From: Phoronis australis
Lineage: Eukaryota; Animalia; Phoronida
DNA length: 64,000 nt
Direction: 5' to 3'
Assembly (NCBI GenBank): GCA_002633005.1
Contig: NMRA01000700.1
Span: 131,937-195,936 of the forward strand
Positions within the stretch are counted from its first letter, which is position 1, and each line of letters starts with the position of its first letter. This document shows, in pieces, positions 1 through 14,500 of this stretch. The translations under genes and the position numbers were made by a program. The notes below the pieces were generated by a model. That model did no database searches. It saw only the letters and a list, made by a program, of their open reading frames with translations, and was not told the origin of the DNA.

Positions 1-374
1 TGGCATGCAATTGGTCAGTTTTCGAGCTGAGCTTCGAGTATGGAGATTACCTTTCTCCCACCCCTGGACATTACAAAAAATAATTTTGATAGATATCTTA
101 CACCGTGCCCAGAGTTATTGTTACTGAGAAAATAACAATGTACACTGAAGAAAATGGTAACCATGTTACTGGATTATGTGTCATACCTGCATTTGAATGC
201 CATCACACGGGCCGACTCAATTTCTGAAACGACTGTTATAGTCCGGAAGCCAAATGCTGTTTTCTTACTTAACCCGGATTAGCAGGATAGAGTTTTTTTC
301 TTTGCTGTTTCATGTAGCCTAGGCATAGTTAATCATGATTTGGAGGTGACCGTTCGCAACGCTTGAGCATTTTC

Positions 375-1330
375 TAAAATATGCAAATTAAGGTCGCCAT
401 TATGGAAAATTCTAATTTTGCTTATAATTTCCTTACAAAGCACTGCATCCAGATAATTTTGACCTTTTTATCCATGTTTTCGTGGTCAGCAAAGTTAATA
501 GCGCAAAATTGTTGTGAGTTTCCTTTGCCAATTTGCATAATTTATGCAAATTAAGGCCGTTCTTATGCAAAATTCTATTTTTGCTTATAATTTCCTTACT
601 AAGCACTGCAGGCAGGTTATTTCGATGCTTTCACCCATGTTTCCATGGTCAATGAATTTAAAAGTGAAAGTTTTTGGGTGGATACATCCTCACTTTGCAT
701 AATTTATGCAAGTTAAGGCCGCCATTATTCAAAATTTCAATTGTTCTAATAGCCATGGTACCAATCATCACAGGTGAATTATCTTGATATTTGCATCTAT
801 GTTTCTATGGTCAATTAGTTTAATGAAATCAGGTAGCATGTTGTTGTATGATGAATTTGCATAATTAATGCAAATTAAGGCCACTATTATTCAAAATTAT
901 ATTTTGGTTACAACGTCCTTACCAATCACTTCATACAGGTTCCTTTTATGATTTCATCTGTGCTTTCATGGTCAGTGATTGCAATGGACCTCGTTTGCTG
1001 GTGGATACATCGTGAATTTGCATAATGTATGCAAAGTAAAGCCGCCATTATTCAAAATTCTACTTTTTGTTACAGTTGAAGTACAAGCACTCCAAGAAAT
1101 TTATTTTAACGTATTTACCCAATGTTTCTGTGAACTCAGTTGGGAAATTATTACATGATGAATTTTCATAATTTATACAAATAAAGGAGACCTAGTATTC
1201 CAAATACTGTTTGTGTTCATAATTTCCTTGCCGGCATTACATGTAAATTATTTTCAAATTTATCTTATGTTTTCATGAATTTGCATAATTGATAATTTAC
1301 AAAAATTACAGCTGTCATATTCAAAATTCT
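375..1330. repeat. Subterminal tandem array (~162-bp period) of the Academ-like element, mirrored at ~3090-3830
   Basis: ATGCAAATTAAGG(C/T)CGCCATTAT-like unit recurs at ~381, 544, 706, 868 and 1029. Reverse-complement units occur near the right end. Confidence 0.8.
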
Positions 1331-2314
1331 ACTTGTGCTTATAACTGCTGCATCAGACACCAGAGGATAGGTATAAATAGTTGCACCCATCAGTGTTACA
1401 GTGGTCAATGAATTTAACGAAATCTGTTTGCATGTTCTAGGATGATAAATTTGCAGAATGTCCTTTTTGATGATGAAGTACGAAACTATTTGCTGTAGTG
1501 TGTGTTCTGCAGTTTGAGACCTCAAGTTCCACAAAAGACATTGCCTATTGCTCTGCGCTACCACAGACAATAGAAAAACACAGAGTAGTTTAATGACTGG
1601 AATGGGGCTCGGAGTAATCAGTTTATAGGGACAACATTATTTCATGAGGTACGAAAACAGTAGTGAGGGAATAGTAGGAAATTGCCCTGAAACCTAGAGC
1701 TTTGGTCCCAAGTTGCCATTTGTCCTACAAGATTGAAACAGATTTTGGAGAGACGGAGAGCAGTCAACATTAGATCTTGTACTAAAATCTATCGCACGCA
1801 AGAAAGTAAGGGACGTCTTGATGTACATGGCTAGGATGTTGCACGAAACTCGAAAGTAAATACCAGCATCGATCTATTGGATCCCAATGTCCATCCCAAA
1901 GACGCAATAGTGAACATTAGCAGTGACAGGATTGCTACTCCAACAGTTAATGTACAGGAAACAAGCATTGGACAGGCAATGTTACCAGACTTCGAGAAAG
2001 GCTAGTAGTACCTTGGGAGCACAAGTAGATAATCACTGATGGAGACCCTTGTCTTTAACACAGTACAAGGACTTTGGAGATATCCCACGAAGAAGCTAAC
2101 TCCATAATCGTGCAACAGGACGTGAAAAGTGCATATTAACGTAAGAAATTTTAGTTTTTTTCGGAGGACAAACATGTATTTGTTCTCTGTCTGCATTACT
2201 AAGACAAGAAACCGTGAGATTAAAATACTACAACCATGAAATCACCTAGTAAACGTAGGACAGTCGTAGACATAAAGTTAACACTAAAATATGTAGCCAT
2301 ATTGTGAAGGTATT

Positions 2315-2760
2315 CTCCCTGCCCATGTGCTGTAGGGGTGTAACACAGTGGCTTGCTACTATGGGGTTCGAAAGGGATCCAACGTTAAACTATTGAAGGC
2401 TAGACAAGACCTGTCTAATATCGGCACTTTTGGTGCACATTTTTCTGACATGAAACAGGCAACTAAATATATGTGTGCCTGTTATGGAATGAAGAGAATC
2501 AAGGAAGATATCAGGAACCAGGCTACTGGTATGAGGAAGAGAAATGGCAAGAAATTTATGGCCGTCCCCAAACTGTCACCGACAACAGAGGCATTCAATG
2601 AGAGTCATGTGGTGGAATGGCACCAGCACTAGATCCAGAGGGCTATGGATGGAAGAAAGATGCCATAAATAAATTACTCTAACCATATATAATAATATTT
2701 TGCATGGTGTACAACTCGCTCCTGTTGTATACTAGTGATGATTAGGTGTGGCTGCAAAGG
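2315..2760 (+). pseudogene. Degenerate Academ-type transposase C-terminal region (XPG/PIN-like domain plus Cys-rich tail)
   Basis: Fragments read LPAHVL*GCNTVACYYGVRKG (HALSGCDT..GxGK-like), PKLSPTTEAF (LPPT-like), PEGYGW and MIRCGCK, with stops and frameshifts. Confidence 0.7.
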
Positions 2761-5458
2761 TCAGATTACAAGAAATTCAAGTAGATACAATCAATAGATC
2801 AATTTTCTACGCCACACAATATTTTGATCACGTTATACAGTAGTGTGCTCAAGTTTCGAGCATTAAAAACTTCTTGTGACTGGTCTCTATTCGATAGGTT
2901 ATTGTCCTGGGTCTATGGCATTAAACACTTTGGTCATCTACTATATATACCCTGGGTATCAGACAAAACTAGAATTTGTAATGTTGTGTAATAAATTACA
3001 GATCTTTTAGGATGTAATGACAGATTACATAAAATTCATAAGTAAAAATACGAAAATAATCTACATGTAGTGCCCCCGTAAGAAAGTTACGGGCAGAAAT
3101 AGAGTTTTTGATAATGGCCCCGTTATTTTCATAAAGTATGCTAATTTTTCGTGCAATTTGCAAAATGATGTCATTAACCTAATTAACCATAGGAACATAG
3201 GTTCAAATATCATGAGAGTTTACCTGTGGTGCTTGGTACCGCAGCTATAAGCGCAAGAACATTTTTGAATAGTGGCGCCCTTAATTTGCAATAGTTAAGC
3301 AAATTTGCATTCATTATGCAAATTTATCGTGCAACAATATGCAAACCGACTTCATTTAACTAGTTGACCAAAAGAATATAGGTGCAAATATCGTGATAGT
3401 TTATCTGTGGTGCCTGGTACAGTAGCTGTAAGCAGAAGAAGAAGAAGAAGATTGAATAATGGCGGTCTTAGTTTGCATCAGCTAAACAAATTGCATTTTT
3501 TATGCAAATTTGTCATGCAACAACATGCAAACGATTTCATTAAACTAATTGAGCAAAAGAATATAAGTGTAATTATCACGACAGTTAATCTGAGGTGCCT
3601 GGTACATTAGCTATAAGCACAAGAAGTTTTTTGAATAATGGCGACCTTAATTTGCATAAATTATGCAAATTGAAAATGTATTCACCAAAACACTTCCACT
3701 ATTAAATTCCTTGACCATGGAAATATCGGTAAAAACGTCAAAATTATCTGGCTGCAGTGATTGGTAAGGAAATTATGTGCAAAAATAGAATTTTGCATAA
3801 TGACCACCTTAATTTGCATATTTAAAAAAATACTCAATGGTTGCGAACGGTCACCCTCCTAAATCATGGTTACTTAACCCTAAGCTATATGAAACAGCAA
3901 AGGAAAAAATATCCGCCTAAACCAGGTTAAGTCCCTTGGCTCCCGGACTATTAAGCCTTTGAATTACATGTATAAGTATTCTTGGGTATCATTGACTTGG
4001 CGATATACCTCGCTTCATATGTATATGTACCATTAAAAGCCGAAGTTACTTATGGCAATGCGCAGAGGTTCTACAGAATCTCTTACTTGAAATTCTGATC
4101 TTGATCACACAAAATTTCTAGGAATACAAGAACCTCTTCGTATTTGTCCATGACCACTCTGACGGCCAACGCAGGAGCGCTTCACCTTTCAGTTACTACA
4201 CATTGAGCAGATGCTTCAGTGTACTGTCGAAGAATGTCCCACCAGTAAGTAAATAAGAAGGAAATTGGATAAAGTCTCTCCGAACAATGACACGCATAAT
4301 GCACTTACAACAAATGAGTGTTGTCCAGATAAGCATAATGACTGATCATTATAGCCATTAAAGTAGCGCTTATTACCTGCGTTTCAGTCGAGCATATACT
4401 CCCTCGTATACTCCTGCCATAGTTGCGACGCTATGAATTGTTAATTCATCGGCTGTCGTACGATATCACCGCCAAAAACCCAAGAATTCTTCTGCATTGC
4501 ATGTGTTCCGACATTTAGTCTATGTGGAATTCGTCTAGCGTGCTGTCAAACGTCATTCTGTAGTGTTTGACTGACGTAATTTCGTTTTTCCCGATCATTA
4601 TCCACTAGCACATGAATAATTCCGTTCCGTTTCTAAGGAGATGGATAACATCTTACCACAGGTTGTTCGAATCTCACCAAATGCTCTTTCAAGACAGGGT
4701 CACGCATAGATGGGTCGTACTCATGGAGGCCTCGAAATGGTAAGTTTTGCTTCGCCAAAAGCAAAGTTATATCTCACGGCCTCTGCAATGTATCTAGCCG
4801 TTCTTTCTTTGCTTTGTCGGCCGCTGCGACCGATTCGTTGTCGATTGCAATTCTCTGTTGTTTAAAGGCCACCTGAAATCGCAGCAATTATTTCAGTCGC
4901 ACCATTTTAAAGAAAGTGTATCTACAGCCGTACTTTTTAACTTTTCTCATTCACAATATGTTCACAAATAAAACTAAACCTACGAGTAATGCCTACCAAG
5001 AAGCTTCCACCGAACCTGGCATATCACAAGATTCTTATTTCTAGATGTACATGTACGTGTAAACAGACAGAGGCTGCAATCTGAATGTACAAGACCAGCT
5101 AGGATAAGTGGAACTGCCAGTTTCAAAAAACTGCTTCGACAGTACCCTATGTCAAACGATAAGAAATAAACACCTCATAAAGGTTCATGTATTCTGCACT
5201 TGTGGCTAGATCTCACAGGGCAAGGTTCCAGTGTGGTGACCGTACATAGTAACAAGAATGACATCACAATCTACCAGTAAACTGACAATAACAAATTATA
5301 TCGTGTCCAAGTTAACGTGTCATTAGCGCCAGATTGTAAATGGGGAATTAGAAAGAAATTGAAATGTCCGCTGTCAGTTACAACAAGATATTAATTAACA
5401 GTGGCGGTGACAGATTTAGGAACCAGCAGAAGATTTAGAAAGCTGTCCGTATGTAGTG

Positions 5459-5479
5459 CAGGTGTTACAGCGGTATAAA
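5459..5479 (+). promoter_or_regulatory. Core promoter of WSC gene A (CAGGTGTTACA motif plus TATA box)
   Basis: CAGGTGTTACAGCGGTATAAA, with TATAAA at 5474-5479, ~70 nt upstream of the ATG. Same motif and spacing upstream of genes B and C. Confidence 0.75.
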
Positions 5480-5546
5480 TGGACAGCTTTCTACATGCAT
5501 ACGTTTACACAGGAGATCACACTGTTACGCCGGAAAACGTGTCAAG

Positions 5547-5580
5547 ATGAAGAACAAGCACGCACGAATGTTTGGCTTGG
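5547..5580 (+). CDS. Gene A exon 1 (MKNKHARMFGL+1 nt; signal peptide n-region)
   Basis: 34-nt ATG exon ending at GTAATAG. Same length and similar sequence as exon 1 of B (MKNNLARIGSL) and C (MSNTRSRVFSL). TATA upstream. Confidence 0.75.
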
Positions 5581-8500
5581 GTAATAGTATTGTAGCCTAA
5601 ATTTCACCGATGTTCTTAATCAGTACTGTCCCAATTTTTGATGATATAAATACATCGAAAACGACCACTTATCATAGCTCATTGACAACTGCTGCTGCTA
5701 TTGTCTATATCATCGATGATGCTAAAGTGACATAACCGTTTCTTATCTACGTCCAAACACGTGCCTTTCATTGAAAAGTGGTCATTTTTAATCTGTCTGC
5801 AAGATTTTCACTGCGATCGATGCGGGTGTTTTTACCAGAATTAAGAATGGTTTTCAAATGCCGCATAACTTATCGAGTGGGGTTTAATTCCACCAGATCA
5901 TTGCAATGTTAGACTACAATCCGCTGACGGCTCGAATCATCGCTGAGAATGATTTCACTAAAGTTGTGTTACCGTAACCTCGGCGGTAAGTGCAAAAATA
6001 TTTGCTCAGTCATCATTCGGACAAATGTCACTTAGGATACAAAAACATGTACAACAAAAAGCAGAAAATTGCATATTCGTAATTAATCTGACAAAAAATC
6101 GTATGCACAGAAAAATGTAGCACGCTCGGCGAAAATTTGTGATTTAGGCCTATTTACGAAAATACAGTCACGTGTCTGCACGTATGTCTGTCTGTTCGTA
6201 ACATGTTCTATGTGATCTTCTTCTTCTCTTCTAGGTGTTGTCCATCCACTGCAGGATGTAGCCTTCCGACAATGCCTTCCAACTTGTTCTGTATCTTGCG
6301 GCTCTGATCCATGTTGTGCCTAGCGTTTTCACGATGTCATGTCTCCACCTGGCTTGGGACCATCCTCTTGATCTCTTTACATATCTGGGTTGCCACTCTG
6401 TGCATCTTTTTGTCCATCTGTTGTCCTGTGCTATGACCGCGTGTCCGCCCCACCTCCATTTCAATTTCAGAATTGTATTGATTATGTCCATGACTCTTGT
6501 TTGTTCTCTTATCTCTGTGTGTGGAATCCTGTCTAGTAATTTTATTCCAAGCATTTTTCTCTCCATTGCTCTATGTGTTGTTCTTAGCTTGACAAGTGTC
6601 TGTTTTGTTAAGGTCCATGTTTGGCATCCATAGGTGATTGTGGGGATGATGCACTGGTCAAATACTTTTCTTTTCAAGGATATGGGTATGTTCTTATCTT
6701 GGAATATTTCTCTGTTTTTTCCAAAGCAATTCCATCCAGCTCTTATTTAGACTTGTATTTCATTGGTCATACGGTTCCCGAATTTGTACAGTTTGTCCCA
6801 GGTATTTATATTGTGTGACTTTTTCAATGATCTTGTCCTCCACCATTACGTGTTCATCTGTTTCAAAATTTGACATGTACTTTGTCTTGTCTTGTCCTTG
6901 TGTATCTTTAATCCCACATTGTTGCTTTCTTTCAGTATATTTAAATTTGTGTTATGTCTTCTGTGCACAAAGCAACATCATCTGCAAATCTTAGGTCTGT
7001 TAGATGTTCTCCGTCTATGTTCACTCCCCTTTGAAGGTCTGAAGATTTGAAGATTTATTCCATTGTCAGTGTAAACAGTTTAGGTGAAATTGGGTCTCCC
7101 TGTCGAACTCTTCTGTCTATGTTGAATCTTTCAGCGACGTGGTTGTCGATGTGTATTCTGGCGATGGCATCTCTCTATATATATATTGCAGCAGTTTTAA
7201 ATATGTTTCACTGATGTTGATGTTTTTTAGGGATTCAATGATGCAAAAATTTTCAATTGTATCAAAAGGTTTTTCATAGTCTATGAAACCAACACACAGT
7301 GGCAGGTTAAATTCGTTACATTTTTCAATTGTTTGTCCAAGGGCTTGCAGATGGTCTGTTGTTGAGTAGCTCTTTCTAAACCCTGCTTGTGGGATCACTC
7401 GGGTTAAAAACATAAAAAGTCAACGGTTTTAAACTGGACAATGTGTGCAATATTACGTTAAGATCTTTAGTGGTGTAGGCTCTAATAGCATGGAAAGGAT
7501 TACTGCGACATGTCAATAGCGCAGTTGCAACCGAATCGATTTAACGATTGTGCATGTTCGGAAATCAGGGTGTGCAAAGGCTTTTGGTATTGATTAACTT
7601 GTGTGGAATGGCCGATTGGTTTGCACGACCTGTGATTTGTGTGCATTAGACAACGCTGATGTATGTATTTCTGCCGCAATTTGCCCTAATAAGCGCCTAT
7701 GCCCCAACGAGTTTTCAGACTTGGCTAAAGTAAACGCCCAGCCCATGAACTACATGAAAAAAATGCCTTACCTAGAGTTCTAAAATCCTACAGTAACGTC
7801 TCCAATTTATCAATGAGCGCTACATACTTTATGCCACGATGTCGGAAAGAAGTCCCTAAATCGCCCTTTGCTTCCAGCTCTATTGATGTTTCTGACCCAT
7901 TTTTACGCAGTTCTTGATCCGTGGGAAAAAGGGTAGTAACTAAATTCTTTATCTTTATCTTGTTTACTGCATAATACGACATTAACCACAATGAAACAAT
8001 TTGCAACGCCAGAAATTTGTAACATGCACTACTGCGCATGCGCTAAATCTTGCCAGCAGCCCTCCATAAGAAATACACAAGAACAGACTATAATCAGGAA
8101 TTTATAAGTGAAGGGAGATAACTACACAGTTTGCCGATAGCCTGTCACATAGAGTGTACGTTAAGACTTGTTACTACCAAATATAAGCGTCATTGGTGAA
8201 AATTTTTCCACGTCTCTTAAAGATTGAAGTTTTCCCCATTCAGGCCTATGTGAACGATCGTCCTGAAGCCAATATTTGAGCGCATAGCTCATTTTGAAGT
8301 CAAGTTTGTGGCTGAATTCATTTTGCCATTGGATTTGCCGATAGCGTAGGTGATTACCAGGAGTACTCAGAGGTTGCTGGTCCAAATTTCATGCTGTTTT
8401 TCGAAAATTTTTCCACGTCTCTTGTGTTCAGAAAATGGATCCACGTACAGCGCTGTGAGATGAAATGTTGCCGATCACCCGGCTGTCTTGCAATGGAATT

Positions 8501-11500
8501 TGCACTCTAGATGAGAGATTAGCTCAGAATCGGCAAGAAACTGTTATGTTCATTTTCTCGTCCGGTACGAGTTTAGAAATACTTTCGAAGTTTGAAAAAG
8601 TCGGATTTTATACAGTTTTATGCAGGTTTTTCGCCTGTGAGATAGTTGATACTAGTTATCTTTAAAATGTTGTTTCGTTTTTTGTGATCCACAGAACGTT
8701 GTCCTTTCGTCTTAACTTAATGCTGTTACATTGGAGTGGATTCCGGACACAAATATGTATTGGCAAACATCTGAAGATTAATAAAAAGCGCTTTGACAGC
8801 CCGCTTAACTTAAGGCTGAAAGCACACGCCGGCTGGCTGGCGTTCAATTCACTTTTGTTGTGCTTATGTGTAGGCCTACAAGTTAAGATAGAGCTGTGAC
8901 CCCCAATGACCCAACTAGCACTGTCATACTGTAGACAGTGGAATTCCAGAAATTCCAAAGACTACTATTGTAAACTTGACAAGTATTGCTCTGCAGACTA
9001 TACTGATTTCAGTCGGGCTCACGGTACTAGCACCCAAGCTTACTGACCTTTAACCTTACTATGCATTGTTATGATTGGTTAGGGACATGGCGCAAAGCGT
9101 CATCTAGCGGATCAAGAATGTTACACATTTCTGACGTTGACCCATTTCCAATATGGTGGCGTTGCAACTCCGCTATACAGCTTAAAATTCAGATTGAGGA
9201 AGCACGTCAACACGACGATAATTGGTCGACTTTGAATCATAAACACTGTTTGCATCCGAAAAAGCTACGACGTGCGGTTGTAAAGACTAACTTCAGCGTA
9301 GATCTATTTGTAGTTCGCTAACCAGAGAGCCCAAGCAATGTCTTAGCAAAATAAGAATACATGAGTTTATTCATTCAAATGTAGGCCCTTAAAATAGCAG
9401 ATGAAGTTACCTTTTCGTGCCATATTGTGTCATACCTAGATCCCTGCACCAACAACATAAGGCCGAAACAGTAGTATTGAATAGGGGTGTTATTCGCAGC
9501 TGTTTGAATTAAAAGGTGATTCCCGCGATGATGTAGACAAAAGCAAGATAATATGCCTAACAGTATGTTACATTTGGCTCTTAACATATTGTTTTCACAC
9601 TGTTGACTGTTAAGCACACGTGAGGCAGTGAAGATGACTTTTTCATTCATCTAGCATAGCAATAATTGTACTAAGTGATTATTTTTAATTGGTCAGTAGT
9701 GAGAACAGTTTGCAATCTGGGCCCGGTCTCCAATCTTTTTACTCAAACTGGAACTCGAAATTAGGTTTGGCATTTTCTACTCCACTTTTGGGCGAACTCA
9801 AGATAAGTGTCTATTATTCTATGCTCGAGTACACAATAACTTACGTAGATAATTTATTGTGGGTCGAGGGAATAGTTAAGTGTGGGGTCGAGGTGCTTTA
9901 GAAGAATCCCATCGAATGCCAGAGCATACGTGGCTAAATTGTTCAATCTTCACACTGTGGCATATCTGAGGGAGCTTACAGAAGCTACCCAGTGGACAAA
10001 TTTATTATTTTTTGCCCGTTAACTATAGTGGGCGTGGACCACTTGAGTTTGTGGGAGCTACTATATATTGGTGAAAACGAGTAGGTTACAAATGTTCTCT
10101 GCAGTAACGAAGTACAATGAAATTGCTGGGAGCTAGCAAAAGAGTGTATATGTGGTCCACCAGGCTTCATACAGAGACTATATATGTTTCACTTACTTCT
10201 AAACTAAATATTAATGTTTATTTTTAGATGTGACTGGCATTTACTTCTTATCCGTTTTGATCACAGTTAAAGGTACGTATTCCTAGTTATTTCAAATGTT
10301 GTCAAAACATTGAGGCCTAGGAGAATCAGAATGTGAAAACAAGAACTTTTGAGCGGTCCTTCCGCTTTCAAACCACTCCCCACTCCCTCATCTCTTCTCC
10401 AGTTTAGCTCCACCGAATCTTTTCCACCCCCTAAACAGCTTGTTTTGATTTTTGGCAGCCGGGTCCTTGTTCTAAGATTAAGACAAACGCAATTTGCAAA
10501 TTAGATGCAAACATATATTTGTAGAAATCTGCGATTTGCACACGTTTCATAATCATAATACGTCGCTGAATGACTTTCCCATCAGACTTTCCTCCAGTCT
10601 CGCGATTCTGCTCTGGCTCAAGTCTGGTGGTTCCAAACAGAAAAAGGCTTAAGATGCAGCGAAGTGTGAGCGTGCTATCGTTGCCACGGAAATAGCTCCA
10701 CAAGCGGCTACCATTGGCCATGTTCTAATTTAACTTGGGGAAATAGTAGGCCCTACGTTAACGTGAATGAGAGTATTTTCACATTATATTATTTGTTTTC
10801 TGTTGTATAGTCGTTCACAATATTCTTCATCTAATGTTGGCATACTGTTTAGTTAACAGTTTGTTTTAAACTGTTTTTAATGGAGCAAATACATGTTCGT
10901 CTGTTCCTTGCACATTTCCAAAATAGCTAGAGTTTGTCATTCACTGAGCAGGAGATGTGACGATTACGCATTCCAGTATTATTTGTAACGTTGGAAGGTC
11001 TGTGATTTGGTTCGATCGCGTAGTTTTTCTTTTTTTTGCATTTCAAGCTTGCCAAATAAACTCTCTTGATCGCAAAAAGCTGGGAAATGCCGTTGAAGCT
11101 CACGGTCTAACACGTTGGTCCTGCTACATGTAGTTAGCACTTGTTCTACGTTTAGATCTAGTCGAGCTTGTGTAAACTGGGTCAAGCTGGTTGTGGGCCG
11201 CGGGTCAAGGGGGTTGTGGGTCGCCGGTCGATGGTCGAGGTGATTGTAGGTCGAGGGTTTTGGGGGTCGTGGGGTGCTGGGTGTCGTAGGGGATGAGGAG
11301 GTTTTAGAGCAATCCGTGACAGCCGGAGACTGTCTAAGTTTAGCTAAGGGCTAAATTATAGTTGAGCACTTTGAATAGATATAGACACTTTTTTATTAAA
11401 TGTTGTAAAATCGAGTTATAGGAAGAGCTTAATTTTAAGAGAATTGTCATGTAATTAAGCTGTCCAGTTTTAATAATGACCAATTTAGCGAAACAAATAA

Positions 11501-14500
11501 TCATATCAATCGCATGTGGCTTCCGTGGAAGAAGACATGCATAAAGTTGTTCTCTGTACGTGACCCTACGTGTATTTGTGAGTGGCTAGTGTAAACCATT
11601 TTAAACAGATAATAACCAATGAGAATTGTGTTTACTTAAGATTTGAAATAGCTTACTGAGTCACTACATCATTTTAAGACAATCTTAGAGAGAATAATCT
11701 CGACTTCAAACGTTAATAGCTTTAATAAATGGCAATTTTGAGCTTGACAAGCCCCTCATCCCTCATCTCCCTAACATTGATCAGTAATAGATCTGGGTTA
11801 TAATATGTGTTTGTCGCTTCTCAAATCGGTTTTCCATTAATTGACTTTGATGCGTTTCAAAAACTTGATTAATGAAAAGTATTTTGCTTCCAGGCTTCCT
11901 TTTTCAACTAGATGAACAACCAACTGAACCACCTATACCGCCTGGCACAATTGGATGCTACAAGGACTCGTCACAAAGTCCAGACTTGGCCTATGCTGTG
12001 ACTACTAGCTCCAAAATGTTGACAGGGTCATCATGTAGAAGTTCGTGCAGGGAGCTATGGTACAAATACGCTGCGCTTCAAAACGGTGACACCTGCTGGT
12101 GTGGAAACGACTACGGCAGATATGGAAAGGTAGACTTTTCGGAATGCAGTCAAGCGAGCTGCATTGGTAACCCAAGAGAACACTGTGGAGGTCCTCAAAG
12201 AAATTTGGTCACGAGGTCTGGTTTTTCCCTCGGTATGTCTGAAACAACCAAGTGTTTTTGTTATAGCAAAATTAATTATTTGTTTGGGTTGCTTTAAAAA
12301 CCCAAGTACAAAATGTTGTGGGGAACACCTGCTTACGCACACCGCGAATTATTTGAAACATTGGATATTGCATAAACGTATGGAGCAGAAACAGGTAGGT
12401 ATGGCGGCAATTCAATTAGATTAATCACCTTTATTGGTTTAATTATTATGTACTATGTAGAAGTGGTAATGAAGGCGGTCATGCAAAAATACTTAGACTA
12501 TCGACTGAGGAAATGAAGACGACAATGTTTGCAGCTACTTGCTCACAATACCAATCTCCTGAATTGAAAAATCTATCAAAATAAAGATAAATTGGCTCTG
12601 GATTGTACTCCATAAAACCATGGCATTGGGCACCTCCCTATCACTTCAGAGACCGCCATTTGTGACATTTTCAAGTAAGCTAGTTTTAAGCATACTCGCA
12701 GAGCACTAACGAGCTATTCTTTCACATAACAAACACGGTTCAATGAACCAGTGGCGCGAATGAGTCTGCTCGTGTGTACCTTAAGAAGAGAGTTGTTGTC
12801 CAAAAGCACTCCTTGTCAGAAACATATGATGTTAAATGTACATTTTGCGCCGCTACTCTCTTGTTAATTTCAGCAAGATAGGTTTTAAAAATTCCTGTTG
12901 TTGCAGACTTCCAGTTATACCCAAACTTCTACGTTGAATAATCTATAAGGAAATTTTTGCTGACTACAATTTTATAGACTGACTGCAAAAAAATACCACT
13001 AGATCATGACATTTTAAGTGTGTTGACACTTATTGGGGACACATAAAACAATAGCAATAATATATATTTTAGGTTGTATTGGGAATTTCAGGGTTACAGC
13101 TCTACAAATGAATATTTCACATAAAGAACCAGATGGGTTCCTAAATTACAAGAGATAACACGCACATTTACGATATCCAATGTGTAGTTGAGTATCGGAT
13201 ACTAAGTGGCACAGGTTAGCATAGTACCAAATGCGTACATAATACTAAATGGGTATTAGCCGATTGCCTACCAACTGGGTCGAGCAAAACAACAAATTCA
13301 ATAACAAGTACCAAATGGGTACAACTACCAAATGGGCAAATATCATATAATAAAGTACCAAGTCTGTACATCAAACAGCCAACTGGGCTATAACATCCTG
13401 CAAAGCAAGTTCCGGACAAGCTGAGTGAGCAGACCAGCCGGAGCGAAAATTCAGGGCCAATTTTTAGTCAGGCCAGCAATAAAAATACCACCGATGTTTT
13501 TGCCACGATGTACAGTTGTGTCCTCTGTTGAAACAGGGTTTAAAACATGCCCATCTCTTCTGGCAAACTCCTACCCAGATTAAAGCCAAATTTCATGTAT
13601 AACGACTTTTTAAAACCACGCCAGAACTCTTGCGGCAGCGAGAAATATCGGATCAAATTCATTTCAAGAGGGAATAGATGCCATCCATTCCTTTTAATGC
13701 CTACTTATTCCGAAGAAGCTGACGCACCACAGTTATATGAAAACTGTCACGCAATGCTTTACCAGCAAAATTTTAATACTACACTGCATCCTTGTGGCAC
13801 ATCCCAATATCGACATTTCGTGAATTGGCTTTTGGTCTGAGACAAGCATAATTTGGCCAGTACCACTATGTTGTTGTCGCAGTGGCTGTCCTGCTGAAAA
13901 TTGAGCACAATGCTTTATAGAGAGTGTCTGGTGTGATCCCTTCGTTGTTGATATTCAACCTAAGGCACCATTTCTGAGAATGAGATGCAAACGATTTTTT
14001 ACACAAGTGATATGCGGTAAATAAGTTGAAATGCTTCGAATGATTAGGGATTGCTTCAGCGGTTTTCTTTAATGTGTGATTTGGCTATTTTTTTGGTCTG
14101 AAATATGCCACTCAAAGCTCAGTGCTGAAAGGAATAATTTTGTAGTCTGCCGCAGGTGGATCGTAAACTGTACACTCACGTTATCCTCACAATACACCAT
14201 AGTTGGACAATATTTTTCAATTAACAATTAATTTTGTTATTTCTTGATGTAACATCACTCGTTTCCATCGACTTTGTGCTCTTCGATGGTCATATGATCT
14301 GGCCTACTGATAATCATCTGTTACTGTTTTGCTTTAATGTCCAAGGAAAGACATACTCTAGATACTTGTTCTATATTTCCATCAACATTTTACGAATAGT
14401 TCCAATTCTATTTTTCTACAGAGTATGGAGGAAGGGTCGGTAAATGTTGGAATGTGGATACATCTCTTGGCCTAGCCAATTTAGTGTATGTGGGTGATTT

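Larger units (their letters stand above)
239..3950 (+). mobile_element. Academ-like (AcademX-type) DNA transposon, decayed, with long TIRs and 3-bp TSD
   Basis: Starts TAGTCCGGAAGCCAA (239) and ends TTGGCTCCCGGACTA (3950). Inverted homology continues several hundred bp (e.g. GGTGACCGTTCGCAAC / GTTGCGAACGGTCACC). Flanked by TTA at 236-238 and 3951-3953. Contains a transposase remnant. Confidence 0.85.

Noticed and set aside
4122-4244. Selenoprotein reading of two in-frame TGAs in the phase-1 frame
   Set aside because: No redox motif, homology or recognisable SECIS. Chance is more likely.
11872-12297. Treating ORF-track WSC ORFs (11872, 14454, 22100, 37487, 39953, 46943) as single-exon genes, or naming them Kremen/WSCD
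   Set aside because: Their starts and/or ends run into introns past clear splice sites. No kringle, CUB, TM or sulfotransferase exons were found, so no gene symbol is assigned.
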